From positions 1 through 26,598 of the IMG/VR virus record IMGVR_UViG_3300021961_000534: a stretch of DNA of 26,598 nt; one strand, written 5' to 3'. This stretch comes from a virus (lineage: Duplodnaviria; Caudoviricetes). Of this stretch, positions 6,291 through 14,349 are shown piece by piece (positions within the stretch are counted from its first letter, which is position 1; every line of letters starts with the position of its first letter). The translations under genes and the position numbers were made by a program. The notes under the pieces are model-generated. The model worked only from the letters and a program-made list of their open reading frames with translations, did not search any database and was not told the origin of the DNA.

Positions 6291-6452
6291 ATGGATATTG
6301 TCAAAAGAAGTGATGTTGTTAATGAGTTTATTGCAACATTCTCGCAGCAGGGTGTTGTGTTTACTGACCAAGAAATAGAAATTATATTCAACCGTTACGC
6401 AACCAAATTCCGTGATGTTGTTGAACACATAGACAGAAAGGAAACAAAATGA
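6291..6452 (+). CDS. Hypothetical protein, 53 aa (not in the ORF track)
   Basis: MDIVKRSDVVNEFIATFSQQGVVFTDQEIEIIFNRYATKFRDVVEHIDRKETK*. It fills the gap exactly and overlaps the next gene by ATGA. Confidence 0.65.
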   Translation: MDIVKRSDVVNEFIATFSQQGVVFTDQEIEIIFNRYATKFRDVVEHIDRKETK

Positions 6453-6703
6453 TATTGCAATATATTGAAAATCCAGTTATTAAAAAACAAAGAATTAAAG
6501 AAATAATACAAACCATTATTGAAGAAGGCCCACCGGGTAAATGGGTGATAGTTGATACTACAAAAAACAAATCAGAAAAAGAATACAAAAATATGTACAA
6601 CAAATTTTATCAATACAGAAACAGATACAAAAACATGGAATGGGCTGTTCATCATGACGAAAACAATTATTCAATTATTTGTAGAGAGAAAGAATTATTG
6701 TAA
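6449..6703 (+). CDS. Hypothetical basic protein, 84 aa
   Basis: RBS GAAAGGA; very A-rich; PGKWVIV pattern. Confidence 0.7.
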   Translation: MILQYIENPVIKKQRIKEIIQTIIEEGPPGKWVIVDTTKNKSEKEYKNMYNKFYQYRNRYKNMEWAVHHDENNYSIICREKELL

Positions 6704-6897
6704 TGCCTTTCGAACATACTGCTAAAGCTGACAAAAGCGATGTACTTGGAATTATTGACTATATATATAATGGACTTAATGAATATGTAAATAATCCAAG
6801 TGGTCGTCCATATGACGATGATGAAATACTTGAAATTGAAAATTGGGTTAAAAGAAGTATTGATTGGTTGTACGAGAAAGCAGAAGAAATGCCATGA
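6703..6897 (+). CDS. Hypothetical acidic protein, 64 aa
   Basis: TAATG coupling with the upstream gene. Confidence 0.65.
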   Translation: MPFEHTAKADKSDVLGIIDYIYNGLNEYVNNPSGRPYDDDEILEIENWVKRSIDWLYEKAEEMP

Positions 6898-6968
6898 TAT
6901 TTACAATTGGAGTTCTTGTGTTTATCTGTGCAACAATATTCATGATAAATCAAATCACAAAATACTAA
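6894..6968 (+). CDS. Putative 24-aa single-pass membrane peptide
   Basis: MIFTIGVLVFICATIFMINQITKY*. ATGA overlap upstream; the stop abuts the next RBS. Confidence 0.5.
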   Translation: MIFTIGVLVFICATIFMINQITKY

Positions 6969-6978
6969 AGGAGCAATT

Positions 6979-7209
6979 ATGGAAAACCGTCATGCGGCAA
7001 TACAAATGTCTGTAGCGTTTACAGATAGCGATGTGCGTGATTGCATGCCACATCTCAAAGGCGCAATGGCTTGTGTCGCATTAGAAGACATAGAAGAACT
7101 ATTTCGTTCTTATGTTCGCGAGTCCGGTTGTGAAATTATGTCGCAACTTCTTCGTGATGCGGGTTGGGATGTTAATGGTAAATCATTTAAAGAAATGGGT
7201 GGTTGGTGA
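6979..7209 (+). CDS. Hypothetical protein, 76 aa
   Basis: RBS AAGGAG; TGATG coupling to whiB. Confidence 0.75.
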   Translation: MENRHAAIQMSVAFTDSDVRDCMPHLKGAMACVALEDIEELFRSYVRESGCEIMSQLLRDAGWDVNGKSFKEMGGW

Positions 7210-7505
7210 TGGAAAAAACAAAACAAGAACAAATACTTAGTGAAAAAATGTACAATGAACTAAAACCTATTTACGCTGACGCTAATTGTAAAAATTGTCC
7301 TAGTGAATGGTTCTTTCCTGCTATTACTAAAGGTAAAATTCCTAGTGGGCCTGGCACAAATGTTTACAATGCTAAACAAATTTGTGGTGAATGCAAGGTT
7401 CAAAAAGAATGTTATAACTTTGCCTACAAACATCATTGTATTGGTGTTTGGGGTGGTGTTGTGTTTGGTTCTCATCGTAAACCCAGAAAACGCATATTTG
7501 ACTAG
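7209..7505 (+). CDS. whiB: WhiB-family Fe-S transcription factor, 98 aa
   Basis: ANC...WFFP...AKQICGECKVQKEC...GVWGG shows the four conserved Cys and the G(V/I)WGG turn. Confidence 0.93.
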   Translation: MEKTKQEQILSEKMYNELKPIYADANCKNCPSEWFFPAITKGKIPSGPGTNVYNAKQICGECKVQKECYNFAYKHHCIGVWGGVVFGSHRKPRKRIFD

Positions 7506-7514
7506 GAGATAATA

Positions 7515-8045
7515 ATGTTGAAACGATTTATTGTAGGTGTTGCCTGTACTGCGGGTGTTGTGTGGTTATTGACACCACCCAAACTTGCGGGCTACCGGAA
7601 CGCCGTTCCACGACCCCCTAATGAAACAATTACATCTTTTGATGTAATTGTTGACCCAGTTGAACCTATCCCTATTCCACCTAAAGATGTTATTAGGTTG
7701 CCTAATAATATGTTGTGTCCGCAATGGGCACAGTTAGCTACTGACACAGGTTGGCAAGAAGAAGATTTAGAAATGCTCGACCATATTATGCACCGTGAAT
7801 CTCGCTGTTATACGGCTGTTCATTACAGCGAAGACCCCAATGGTGGCTCATATGGACTTCTTCAAATCAATGCCTATTGGTGTAAGCCTTCAAAATGGTA
7901 TCCAAACGGATACTTGCAAGCTTTTGGAATTTTAAAAAGCTGTGAAGAATTGTTTTATCCGCGAATTAATCTGTTATCAGCCCGTTTAATATGGCTGTAT
8001 TCAGATGGAAAGCACGGCAATGGGTGGCTTCCATGGCAAACATAG
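7515..8045 (+). CDS. Lysozyme-like/SLT lytic transglycosylase with N-terminal signal or membrane anchor, 176 aa
   Basis: Catalytic RES, GSYGLLQIN, and C-terminal GWLPW. Hydrophobic N-terminus plus Pro-rich linker. RBS AGGAG. Confidence 0.85.
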   Translation: MLKRFIVGVACTAGVVWLLTPPKLAGYRNAVPRPPNETITSFDVIVDPVEPIPIPPKDVIRLPNNMLCPQWAQLATDTGWQEEDLEMLDHIMHRESRCYTAVHYSEDPNGGSYGLLQINAYWCKPSKWYPNGYLQAFGILKSCEELFYPRINLLSARLIWLYSDGKHGNGWLPWQT

Positions 8046-8074
8046 TTTGGGGTGTTGGTGTTGAACCTAAATGC

Positions 8075-8189
8075 TTGACAGACCGTACACAAATGTGTTT
8101 TTATATAATCCCCCTTCAGGGGGGTAGCGGAGACCCAATAGCGGGGGGCAAAGAACAAGTACCACGCCAACCGAAGGGTCGGCGTGGTA
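8075..8189 (+). promoter_or_regulatory. Control region upstream of the replication module
   Basis: TTGACA at 8075-8080 and TATAAT at 8104-8109 (23-nt spacer containing the dyad ACACA-AA-TGTGT). Hairpins CCCCC-TTCA-GGGGG (8110-8123) and TACCACGCC...GGCGTGGTA (8160-8189). Confidence 0.5.
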
Positions 8190-8216
8190 AGGTTGAACGA
8201 CTTAAGGAAGGTTCTA

Positions 8217-9059
8217 ATGAGAATTGAAAAAGAAACCAATAGGGTTTTTGTACGACAGTCTTGGTTAAAAGACATGTTGTTGTGTCCGGAAAGAGCACGA
8301 CTTGGCGTCGTGCAACCAGAGTTTAAAACACAAAACGATAGTGCTGCTATTGGTACTGCTGTGCATGCTGGTATTGAAGCCGTGTTAAATGGGCATGCAT
8401 CAACATCTGATGCTCCAGATATTTCGCTTGCCAAGTTCAAAGAACTTGAAAGCGCAGGCATTAACCACACAAACGTCAACCCCGACTCATGGCATGGTCA
8501 CGTAATTGGTTTAACACAAGCGTGGGTTAAAGATATTCTTCCCGATGTTCCGCTTGGTGGTCAATCAGAAGTTCCATTTGCTGTGCCAACAGGTGCTTCT
8601 GTAAAAGGTATGGAGTTGTGGTTTGAAGGAACAATGGACTATTTGCATGAATGGGGTATTTGGGATTGGAAAACTGCGGCACGAAAGTATTCTGAATCAG
8701 AAAAACAATCGCAAGATATTCAGTCTTCTATTTATACTTTTGCTGGACACAAATTGGGTGTTGTCAAAGAAACATCGCTTTTTAATTTTGGTGTCATGAT
8801 TCGCGTAAACAACGCTTATGGTCAAATTGTATCTGTTAACAGAACTAAAGCGCATGGAGATTTTGTTGTTAAACAAGCGCAATCTGCTGTCAGTTATGCG
8901 TATACTATGCTTCAAGGAAAAGAATTGCCAACGGATGAACGTTGGTTAATAAACGACCAACACTACTTGTGTTCACAACGCTGGTGTCCGTGGTGGTCGG
9001 TATGTAAAGGTGCACACATTAGTGTGCTTGACAATGAAACAGGAGATAACAATGGATAA
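8217..9059 (+). CDS. PD-(D/E)xK exonuclease, Cas4/AddB-like with Fe-S staple cysteines, 280 aa
   Basis: CPER, GTAVH, E, GTMD, DWKT and Q..IY motifs, with C-terminal CSQRWCPWWSVC. Confidence 0.88.
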   Translation: MRIEKETNRVFVRQSWLKDMLLCPERARLGVVQPEFKTQNDSAAIGTAVHAGIEAVLNGHASTSDAPDISLAKFKELESAGINHTNVNPDSWHGHVIGLTQAWVKDILPDVPLGGQSEVPFAVPTGASVKGMELWFEGTMDYLHEWGIWDWKTAARKYSESEKQSQDIQSSIYTFAGHKLGVVKETSLFNFGVMIRVNNAYGQIVSVNRTKAHGDFVVKQAQSAVSYAYTMLQGKELPTDERWLINDQHYLCSQRWCPWWSVCKGAHISVLDNETGDNNG

Positions 9060-9471
9060 GGACAGGGCAATAATCACCCAGGTCGCCGCAAAAATTGCGT
9101 CAGACCTCGTCAATAAGGAAGCAGACACCGATACAAAGTTGGGCGAATTTACAACTTTGTTCACAAGTGTGAAAGACATTATGTTTGAAATCATTGATGG
9201 CAGTCAAGATGCTCAAATTTATGAAATGGCAAAATCAACTTTCAATGCAACACCCGTAAACAACAGTGCAACCAGTGAGTCTGTTGGTGGGGTGTTGCAG
9301 ATTATTGGTAAACAACATGGCGATTTGCCAGACTGGCTTATCAAAGCATGTAAGCGTGATGGTGTAACCAAGGTGTATGACAATCGTGATGGTTTGTCAG
9401 TAAACCCTAAGCGTCCTTGGTTCAAAGCCGTTGATGCCGATAAAGCTTATTGGGCACCAAAGACACGATAA
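9052..9471 (+). CDS. Candidate ssDNA-binding protein, 139 aa
   Basis: RBS AGGAG. Lies between nuclease and helicase. C-terminal YDNR...NPKRPWFK...YW resembles the WDNR..NPKxPDFK (PDF) motif. Confidence 0.55.
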   Translation: MDKDRAIITQVAAKIASDLVNKEADTDTKLGEFTTLFTSVKDIMFEIIDGSQDAQIYEMAKSTFNATPVNNSATSESVGGVLQIIGKQHGDLPDWLIKACKRDGVTKVYDNRDGLSVNPKRPWFKAVDADKAYWAPKTR

Positions 9472-10526
9472 TGAAATTAACCGCAGAACAAATTTCTGCG
9501 GGTTGGAATGCGGTTGAGGGTCAGGTGAACTCAGTTTCACCTGACCTTTCTGCTGTTACTCCGCCTTCAGAGTTCAGAATGTATGAACCATTGGCTGAAG
9601 CTGCACATTCGTTTGTTCGTTGGGCGCAAAGCCCACACGAACGCATTCATTTGGGTTTGCAACAAATAGACGCAGAGATGCGTGGTATTGCTGCCGGCGA
9701 AATGTCAATGATGATTGGCTATGCACACGGTGGTAAAACGCTGTTGTTGCTTCATTCGTTATTGCATAATCGTGACAAACATATTGCAATGTTTATCCCC
9801 GACGAACCTCGTCAACTTATTTTGATAAAACTTACCTGTATGTACCACGGTATTGATGCTCGAGAGTTGGAGCGTCTTGTTGCAATGGATGACCGTGACG
9901 CTATTGATTTGCTTCGCGAAACAGCGGAAGAAAACTTTCCGCATCTTGCTGTGTTTGACCAGCCTTTGACCGCTTTGGATATGGAGCGGGCTTACAACGA
10001 AGTGTCCGATGTTTGGGGTCAGATACCCGATTTGGTTGTGATTGATTATCTTGACCTTGTTGGTGCTGGTGAAACTGTGCCTGATAAAGCGACATTTGTT
10101 AAGTCATTTGGTCGTAGGCATGATGTGCCATTGCTGGTGTTGCATCAAACTTCTCGGAGTTCGGGTGCTGACGGCATGAAGTTAACTATGTCGTCTGGTG
10201 CTTTTGGTGGTGAACAACAAGCAACTTCGGTTATTGGTGTTCGCCGTAAAAAATATTCTATTATGGCTGAGATGAATGAGATTATTAACAAGTTAGATAA
10301 AACTCATTCCGAACGCTCTATGGAGCGTTTAGATGCTTTGCGTTATGAAGCCAAAATTCATGAGTATACGGTTACTGTAAGTTTGTTGAAAAACAAACGT
10401 CCAGCTGGTCAACTTGTTGACGATATTGATTTTGAATTAGACTTGGCTACTGGTCGGTTGACGCCGTTAATTAACGGTGATTTACCTAAACAGTATTTGC
10501 GGGGTTTTCATGACAGACAATTCTGA
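9471..10526 (+). CDS. DnaB-like (SF4) replicative helicase, 351 aa
   Basis: Walker A GYAHGGKT, Walker B VVIDYLDL, LHQ motif, and LLKNKR arginine-finger region. Confidence 0.88.
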   Translation: MKLTAEQISAGWNAVEGQVNSVSPDLSAVTPPSEFRMYEPLAEAAHSFVRWAQSPHERIHLGLQQIDAEMRGIAAGEMSMMIGYAHGGKTLLLLHSLLHNRDKHIAMFIPDEPRQLILIKLTCMYHGIDARELERLVAMDDRDAIDLLRETAEENFPHLAVFDQPLTALDMERAYNEVSDVWGQIPDLVVIDYLDLVGAGETVPDKATFVKSFGRRHDVPLLVLHQTSRSSGADGMKLTMSSGAFGGEQQATSVIGVRRKKYSIMAEMNEIINKLDKTHSERSMERLDALRYEAKIHEYTVTVSLLKNKRPAGQLVDDIDFELDLATGRLTPLINGDLPKQYLRGFHDRQF

Positions 10527-11391
10527 ATTAGTTAAAAACTTTTCAGCGTTGTTTGCTGGTCGCACCGATGCTTATGGCTCTTGGGAAGGTGGTTGCATTA
10601 AGCAACCAGTAACTCTTGGTTCGTACACAAAGCATTTGTGGGGGCAAGAGTACATTGGCATTTACCCAATGATGGATAACAGCACGGTTTGGTGGGGGTG
10701 TTCGGATATTGATGTGAACGACATTGACCAGGCTCGCAATATTCAGTTGGCTCTCAAACTTAAACTAATTGAGAGTTGGGTTGAAAAAACTGTTAAAGGT
10801 TTTCATGTATGGGTGTTTGCCAGAAAACCAGTTGATGCTCGCGTGATGCGTCGAGCTTTGCTCGCCGCACACGCCGCTGTTAAAGTGCCGGCTAAAGAAA
10901 TTAATCCCAAACAGGAAGAAGCATCGGGTTACGGTAATTATGTCCGTTTGCCGTATCCTGGTGCTTTATTTGAGCCATGTTCGGTTCGTTACATTATTGA
11001 TAGTTCTGATAAACCTATGTCTCTAGAAACTTTTGTTAGTGAAGCAACAACCTATGCTGTAGTGCAAGAAGATTTGGAACCTCTTGCAAAACTTTATGTT
11101 CCGAAATCCCCAGTTCAGTTTGCTGCGAATAGTGCTGGTGTTCCCATTGATGTAGCCAAAACTTTGTTGTCGCCATACACATTCAAAATGTTCATGGAAG
11201 GTCCTTTACCAACTTCTGACCGTTCAGGTACGCTTGTGCGTCTTGCGTACAGGCTAAGGTCTGATGGTGTGCCACCAGAAATAGCGTATGGTATTATCCG
11301 TACGGCTGATAAAACTTGGGGCAAATTTTATGATAGAGAAGACGGGGAAATGCACTTAGCAAAAATTATTGCTGATGTATATGGCGAATGA
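10510..11391 (+). CDS. Archaeo-eukaryotic primase (TOTE-type AEP/PrimPol-like) with helical C-terminal domain, 293 aa
   Basis: FxGRTDAYG, HLxG...IGIYP, DID (motif I), KGFHVWVF (motif II), E..PKQ...GNYVRLP, and C-terminal DRS..L..LA. Confidence 0.82.
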   Translation: MTDNSELVKNFSALFAGRTDAYGSWEGGCIKQPVTLGSYTKHLWGQEYIGIYPMMDNSTVWWGCSDIDVNDIDQARNIQLALKLKLIESWVEKTVKGFHVWVFARKPVDARVMRRALLAAHAAVKVPAKEINPKQEEASGYGNYVRLPYPGALFEPCSVRYIIDSSDKPMSLETFVSEATTYAVVQEDLEPLAKLYVPKSPVQFAANSAGVPIDVAKTLLSPYTFKMFMEGPLPTSDRSGTLVRLAYRLRSDGVPPEIAYGIIRTADKTWGKFYDREDGEMHLAKIIADVYGE

Positions 11392-11729
11392 TACACAAAC
11401 AAACATTCAACATCAAACCGCGTTCTAAACAGCGCCCTCGTAGTACTCGTTCCGGTCATACTTACACCCCCAAAGAGACTAGAGAATATGAGAAAAAAAT
11501 TTCAGAAGCATATTCGGGTGTTGCCTTTGCCGATGGCCCATTACATATCACGTTAATTTTTGATAACGACAAAACAGAAATAACTATTAAAGAATTAAAA
11601 CCTAAACGTAATCCATCCAAGCTACGCGGCGATATAGATAATTATGCTAAAGCAATACTTGACGCCCTAAATGGTGTAGCTTATACAGACGATAAACAAA
11701 TCATCAGTTTGGAGTTGAGGAAAAAATGA
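11388..11729 (+). CDS. rusA: RusA-family Holliday junction resolvase, 113 aa
   Basis: P.SKQRPR...YTP..T..YE and DIDNYAKAILDALNGVAYTDDKQI. Confidence 0.93.
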   Translation: MIHKQTFNIKPRSKQRPRSTRSGHTYTPKETREYEKKISEAYSGVAFADGPLHITLIFDNDKTEITIKELKPKRNPSKLRGDIDNYAKAILDALNGVAYTDDKQIISLELRKK

Positions 11730-12154
11730 AAGAATCTAGATGGGATATTCCAAAGCCAAACTTTAAGAAAGATTTGGAGTTTGGCAAACAAGGTGAAGAC
11801 CAAGTTAAACAATTCCTGCAAGGAATTGTTAACGGCTCGTTTGAGGTCAAGTCTGACCGCTATCGGAACGGCAAAATGGTGGTTGAAATAGCCCAAAACC
11901 CCCGTAAACATGGGTGGAAACCCTCAGGGATTATGGTAACTGAGGCAGAGTGGTGGGTCTATGTGTATACTATGAACCAAGCAATGATAGTGGTGTCCAC
12001 GGAAAGATTAAAGCGTTATATAGAAATGTTACCGAAGTCAAGAATTAGGTTGTTTGCGGAAGGCACAAATAATCCAGCGAAAGGTTATTTGTTGTTGCCA
12101 GAGGAAGTGTCACAACTCCTCTATGACCCCGCATACGACGATGTCAAAAAATGA
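11726..12154 (+). CDS. PD-(D/E)xK (restriction endonuclease-like) phage protein, 142 aa
   Basis: F..DL..G..GE, EVKSD, and SGI..TEAEWW pattern. Confidence 0.7.
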   Translation: MKESRWDIPKPNFKKDLEFGKQGEDQVKQFLQGIVNGSFEVKSDRYRNGKMVVEIAQNPRKHGWKPSGIMVTEAEWWVYVYTMNQAMIVVSTERLKRYIEMLPKSRIRLFAEGTNNPAKGYLLLPEEVSQLLYDPAYDDVKK

Positions 12155-12989
12155 CATACCCCAAGACAATTACGTCTTTTCATCAACCTATCTAAATAAA
12201 CAACGCCCACAAACGGCGATGGAAGCATTGATGCTTTCTGTGTCCGACGCAATAGAAGAATCAGTAGAAGAACTACAACCGCTACGCGAAGCAGTAGCAA
12301 TGTGTATTGAGCAACTTGACGAGCAAGACCAATTCATTGTGAACGCCGTCAACAGCGAGTTTCTTTCTTACGAGCAGCTTGGTAAACGCCTTGGCGTTTC
12401 CAAGCCTCACGCTTGGCGACTCAAGAACAATGCTTATGCTAAACTACAACAGCTACTAACAATGCACCCGTTAATTAGAAAGAAGGTCAGAGTGGTTGAC
12501 ACATGGGAACAATCGGCAAGTCAATGGGTTATGCACATTGCGTCGTTTGCTACAGAAGAAATAGAAACTAACAACGCAAAACTTATGCGTCTTTGCGAGT
12601 CGGCAAAAAAATGTTTATTCGACGACGATGACCTGCCGGTATCTTTGCTTTGGACAGAAATAGGTATTGAAGCAATTCAGGAGTTGCGCTTACGTAAAGT
12701 TTGGGACTCTGGAGAAATGTGTTCTTTGCTGGTATCAAAACAACATGATTATGGTCATGGCAACATAACCGCGTTTGGTCTCAGGGGTGTTCTTGTTCGT
12801 TTGTCTGACAAAATTGAGCGTTTGAATAATCTTAAGTCCAAAAAATCTAAAGCACAAAATGAATCGTTGCTTGATACGCTACGAGACATAGTGGGCTATT
12901 GTGTAATAGCTTTGATGCTCAACGACGAAACATTTCATTTGGAACTAGGAGAGAATTATGCGAACGAGTCAGTTAGTGATTGGATTTGA
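12141..12989 (+). CDS. Fusion of sigma70 region 4-like HTH and nucleotide modification associated domain 1 (NMAD1/DUF1599), 282 aa
   Basis: N-terminal half has LDEQDQFIV...LSYEQLGKRLGVSKPHAWRLKNNAYAKL. C-terminal half has KQHDYG..NI...G..GVLVRLSDKIERL.NL...ESLLDTLRDIVGY. Confidence 0.78.
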   Translation: MSKNDIPQDNYVFSSTYLNKQRPQTAMEALMLSVSDAIEESVEELQPLREAVAMCIEQLDEQDQFIVNAVNSEFLSYEQLGKRLGVSKPHAWRLKNNAYAKLQQLLTMHPLIRKKVRVVDTWEQSASQWVMHIASFATEEIETNNAKLMRLCESAKKCLFDDDDLPVSLLWTEIGIEAIQELRLRKVWDSGEMCSLLVSKQHDYGHGNITAFGLRGVLVRLSDKIERLNNLKSKKSKAQNESLLDTLRDIVGYCVIALMLNDETFHLELGENYANESVSDWI

Positions 12990-13131
12990 AATGCCCGTCA
13001 CAGCATCTGAAATTGCGGCAATTTTAGAAAAACACTATGGACCCATTGATATTGGTCGTGGAGTTTTGGAAAACGGTTTACAAACCAACTGTTTGTACGT
13101 TCATAACAAAAAGAAAAAACATGTCAAGTAA
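12958..13131 (+). CDS. Hypothetical protein, 57 aa (not in the ORF track)
   Basis: AGGAGA RBS then MRTSQLVIGFEMPVTASEIAAILEKHYGPIDIGRGVLENGLQTNCLYVHNKKKKHVK*. Confidence 0.65.
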   Translation: MRTSQLVIGFEMPVTASEIAAILEKHYGPIDIGRGVLENGLQTNCLYVHNKKKKHVK

Positions 13132-13405
13132 AGAATCGCAAGATTGGATATATGACATTATCCCAGCCAAGCAAGTTGAGGAAATAGAATCAAAGGCTAA
13201 AAGCCTTCAACAAAATTTGGACAACGGTGTAAACATTGTTTTATCTGCCACAAACGATAGTGCCATTAGATTGTGTCGCGCCTACTATGACGGCACACAA
13301 GGCAACTTAGATGCCTGGCTACACATAATGGGGTTCTTAAGTGCTTTGATTGATACAATTGAAGAACACCTAAACGAAGAAGGGATAGACCCGTATGCAA
13401 AATGA
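13121..13405 (+). CDS. Hypothetical protein, 94 aa
   Basis: MSSKESQDWIYDIIP...; tiles with its neighbours. Confidence 0.7.
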   Translation: MSSKESQDWIYDIIPAKQVEEIESKAKSLQQNLDNGVNIVLSATNDSAIRLCRAYYDGTQGNLDAWLHIMGFLSALIDTIEEHLNEEGIDPYAK

Positions 13406-13538
13406 ACCATCGGAAACGCAAGCGGAAACAGAACGTTACCTTCGTGACCGGGTAGAAGAACTTGAAGTAACATTAGAAGCAATGCGAGCAGAGCTTCGCA
13501 TTGCGCAACAAGAGCTATGGAAAAGAGAAGCACAATGA
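13395..13538 (+). CDS. Small coiled-coil protein, 47 aa (not in the ORF track)
   Basis: MQNEPSETQAETERYLRDRVEELEVTLEAMRAELRIAQQELWKREAQ*. ATGA overlap with the next gene. Confidence 0.6.
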   Translation: MQNEPSETQAETERYLRDRVEELEVTLEAMRAELRIAQQELWKREAQ

Positions 13539-13906
13539 GACCAGTAATTGTTCTTTGGGATGACGCCTACTCAGAAGACGAATGGATGAGTGTTGAGCAC
13601 TACAATCCCAAACCCGAAACACCAAACATTTCTATCGGCTATATCGTTGCCTATAACAATGGTTACGTTCACATCGCTTCCACAGTTGACCAAGATGGCG
13701 GCAACTGTTGTGGAATCATGGCAATCCCCTACGACATGATTGTGTACGTAGCACCACTACAGATTCTGAGTGAAGCCAAAATGTACGGTGACAAAGAAGA
13801 ATTCGAGCGATACTTGCAAGGCAAGTTCGCTCAACGAGCCGAAGTTTATGAGTTTACTGAGTCTGTGGAAATATCTTCAGAAACGAATCCCGAACCTTCT
13901 GTTTAG
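13535..13906 (+). CDS. Conserved phage hypothetical protein (V.V.W.DA...W...S.G family), 123 aa
   Basis: VIVLWDDAYSEDEW...SIGYIV...IAST...IP..MI pattern. Confidence 0.75.
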   Translation: MRPVIVLWDDAYSEDEWMSVEHYNPKPETPNISIGYIVAYNNGYVHIASTVDQDGGNCCGIMAIPYDMIVYVAPLQILSEAKMYGDKEEFERYLQGKFAQRAEVYEFTESVEISSETNPEPSV

Positions 13907-14348
13907 AGTCAGCCCATTGAGGACTCAATTCAACATGCAACCAGTCACCGCCTGGCGCGCCATGTATTGTCGGCTTGGTGTATTTCTGCCAAGTACCACG
14001 GGTCCAGTTGTAGCCACGACCGTGTGGCTCTGGGAAATAGTCCAACACCATTTCAATGCCTAATTCGTCTGAATGACGAACAAGAAAGTCTGCAATGTGT
14101 GCGGCAACTTCTCTACCGTTTCGTTTGCCTTTAGTCGGGGTTTTGCGATAACTGAGGTCCACAGCACGCCCTGTAGCGTGCACAGAGAGGCTCTCAGAGC
14201 CCCTTTTGGGCCTGTTTACGAAGGTGCCGTTGTTCCACAACGCACCTTCGCTCAAATAAACAAGGTGCTTGACCAGCTCTGTTAAGCCTGGGCGTTCGCC
14301 CGCAGCAACGCCATCTTTGTTTCCTGTATATGTTTTTTTTGCTCTCAT
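13854..14348 (-). CDS. Peptidase M15-like (Hedgehog/DD-peptidase fold) cell-wall hydrolase, probable endolysin, 164 aa
   Basis: R...SVHATGRAVDL (SxHxxGxAxD) and DWLHVE zinc-ligand motifs. Last gene of the structural operon. Confidence 0.82.
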   Translation of the reverse strand: MRAKKTYTGNKDGVAAGERPGLTELVKHLVYLSEGALWNNGTFVNRPKRGSESLSVHATGRAVDLSYRKTPTKGKRNGREVAAHIADFLVRHSDELGIEMVLDYFPEPHGRGYNWTRGTWQKYTKPTIHGAPGGDWLHVELSPQWADSKQKVRDSFLKIFPQTQ

Positions 14349-14349
14349 A

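Noticed and set aside
2920-7209. Phage-encoded Pup-like tag to go with the amidoligase
   Set aside because: None of the neighbouring small proteins ends in GGE or GGQ.
9911-9917. Further GCTTCGC/GCGAAGC heptamers (also about 2975, 12286 and 26162)
   Set aside because: They lie inside coding sequence, on either strand, without long flanking stems. The heptamer alone is not significant.
13479-13504. Inverted repeat GCAATGCGA...TCGCATTGC containing GCTTCGC
   Set aside because: It is within a coupled small ORF and the heptamer is in the arm rather than the cap. Probably not a member of the early family, though a weak terminator role cannot be excluded.
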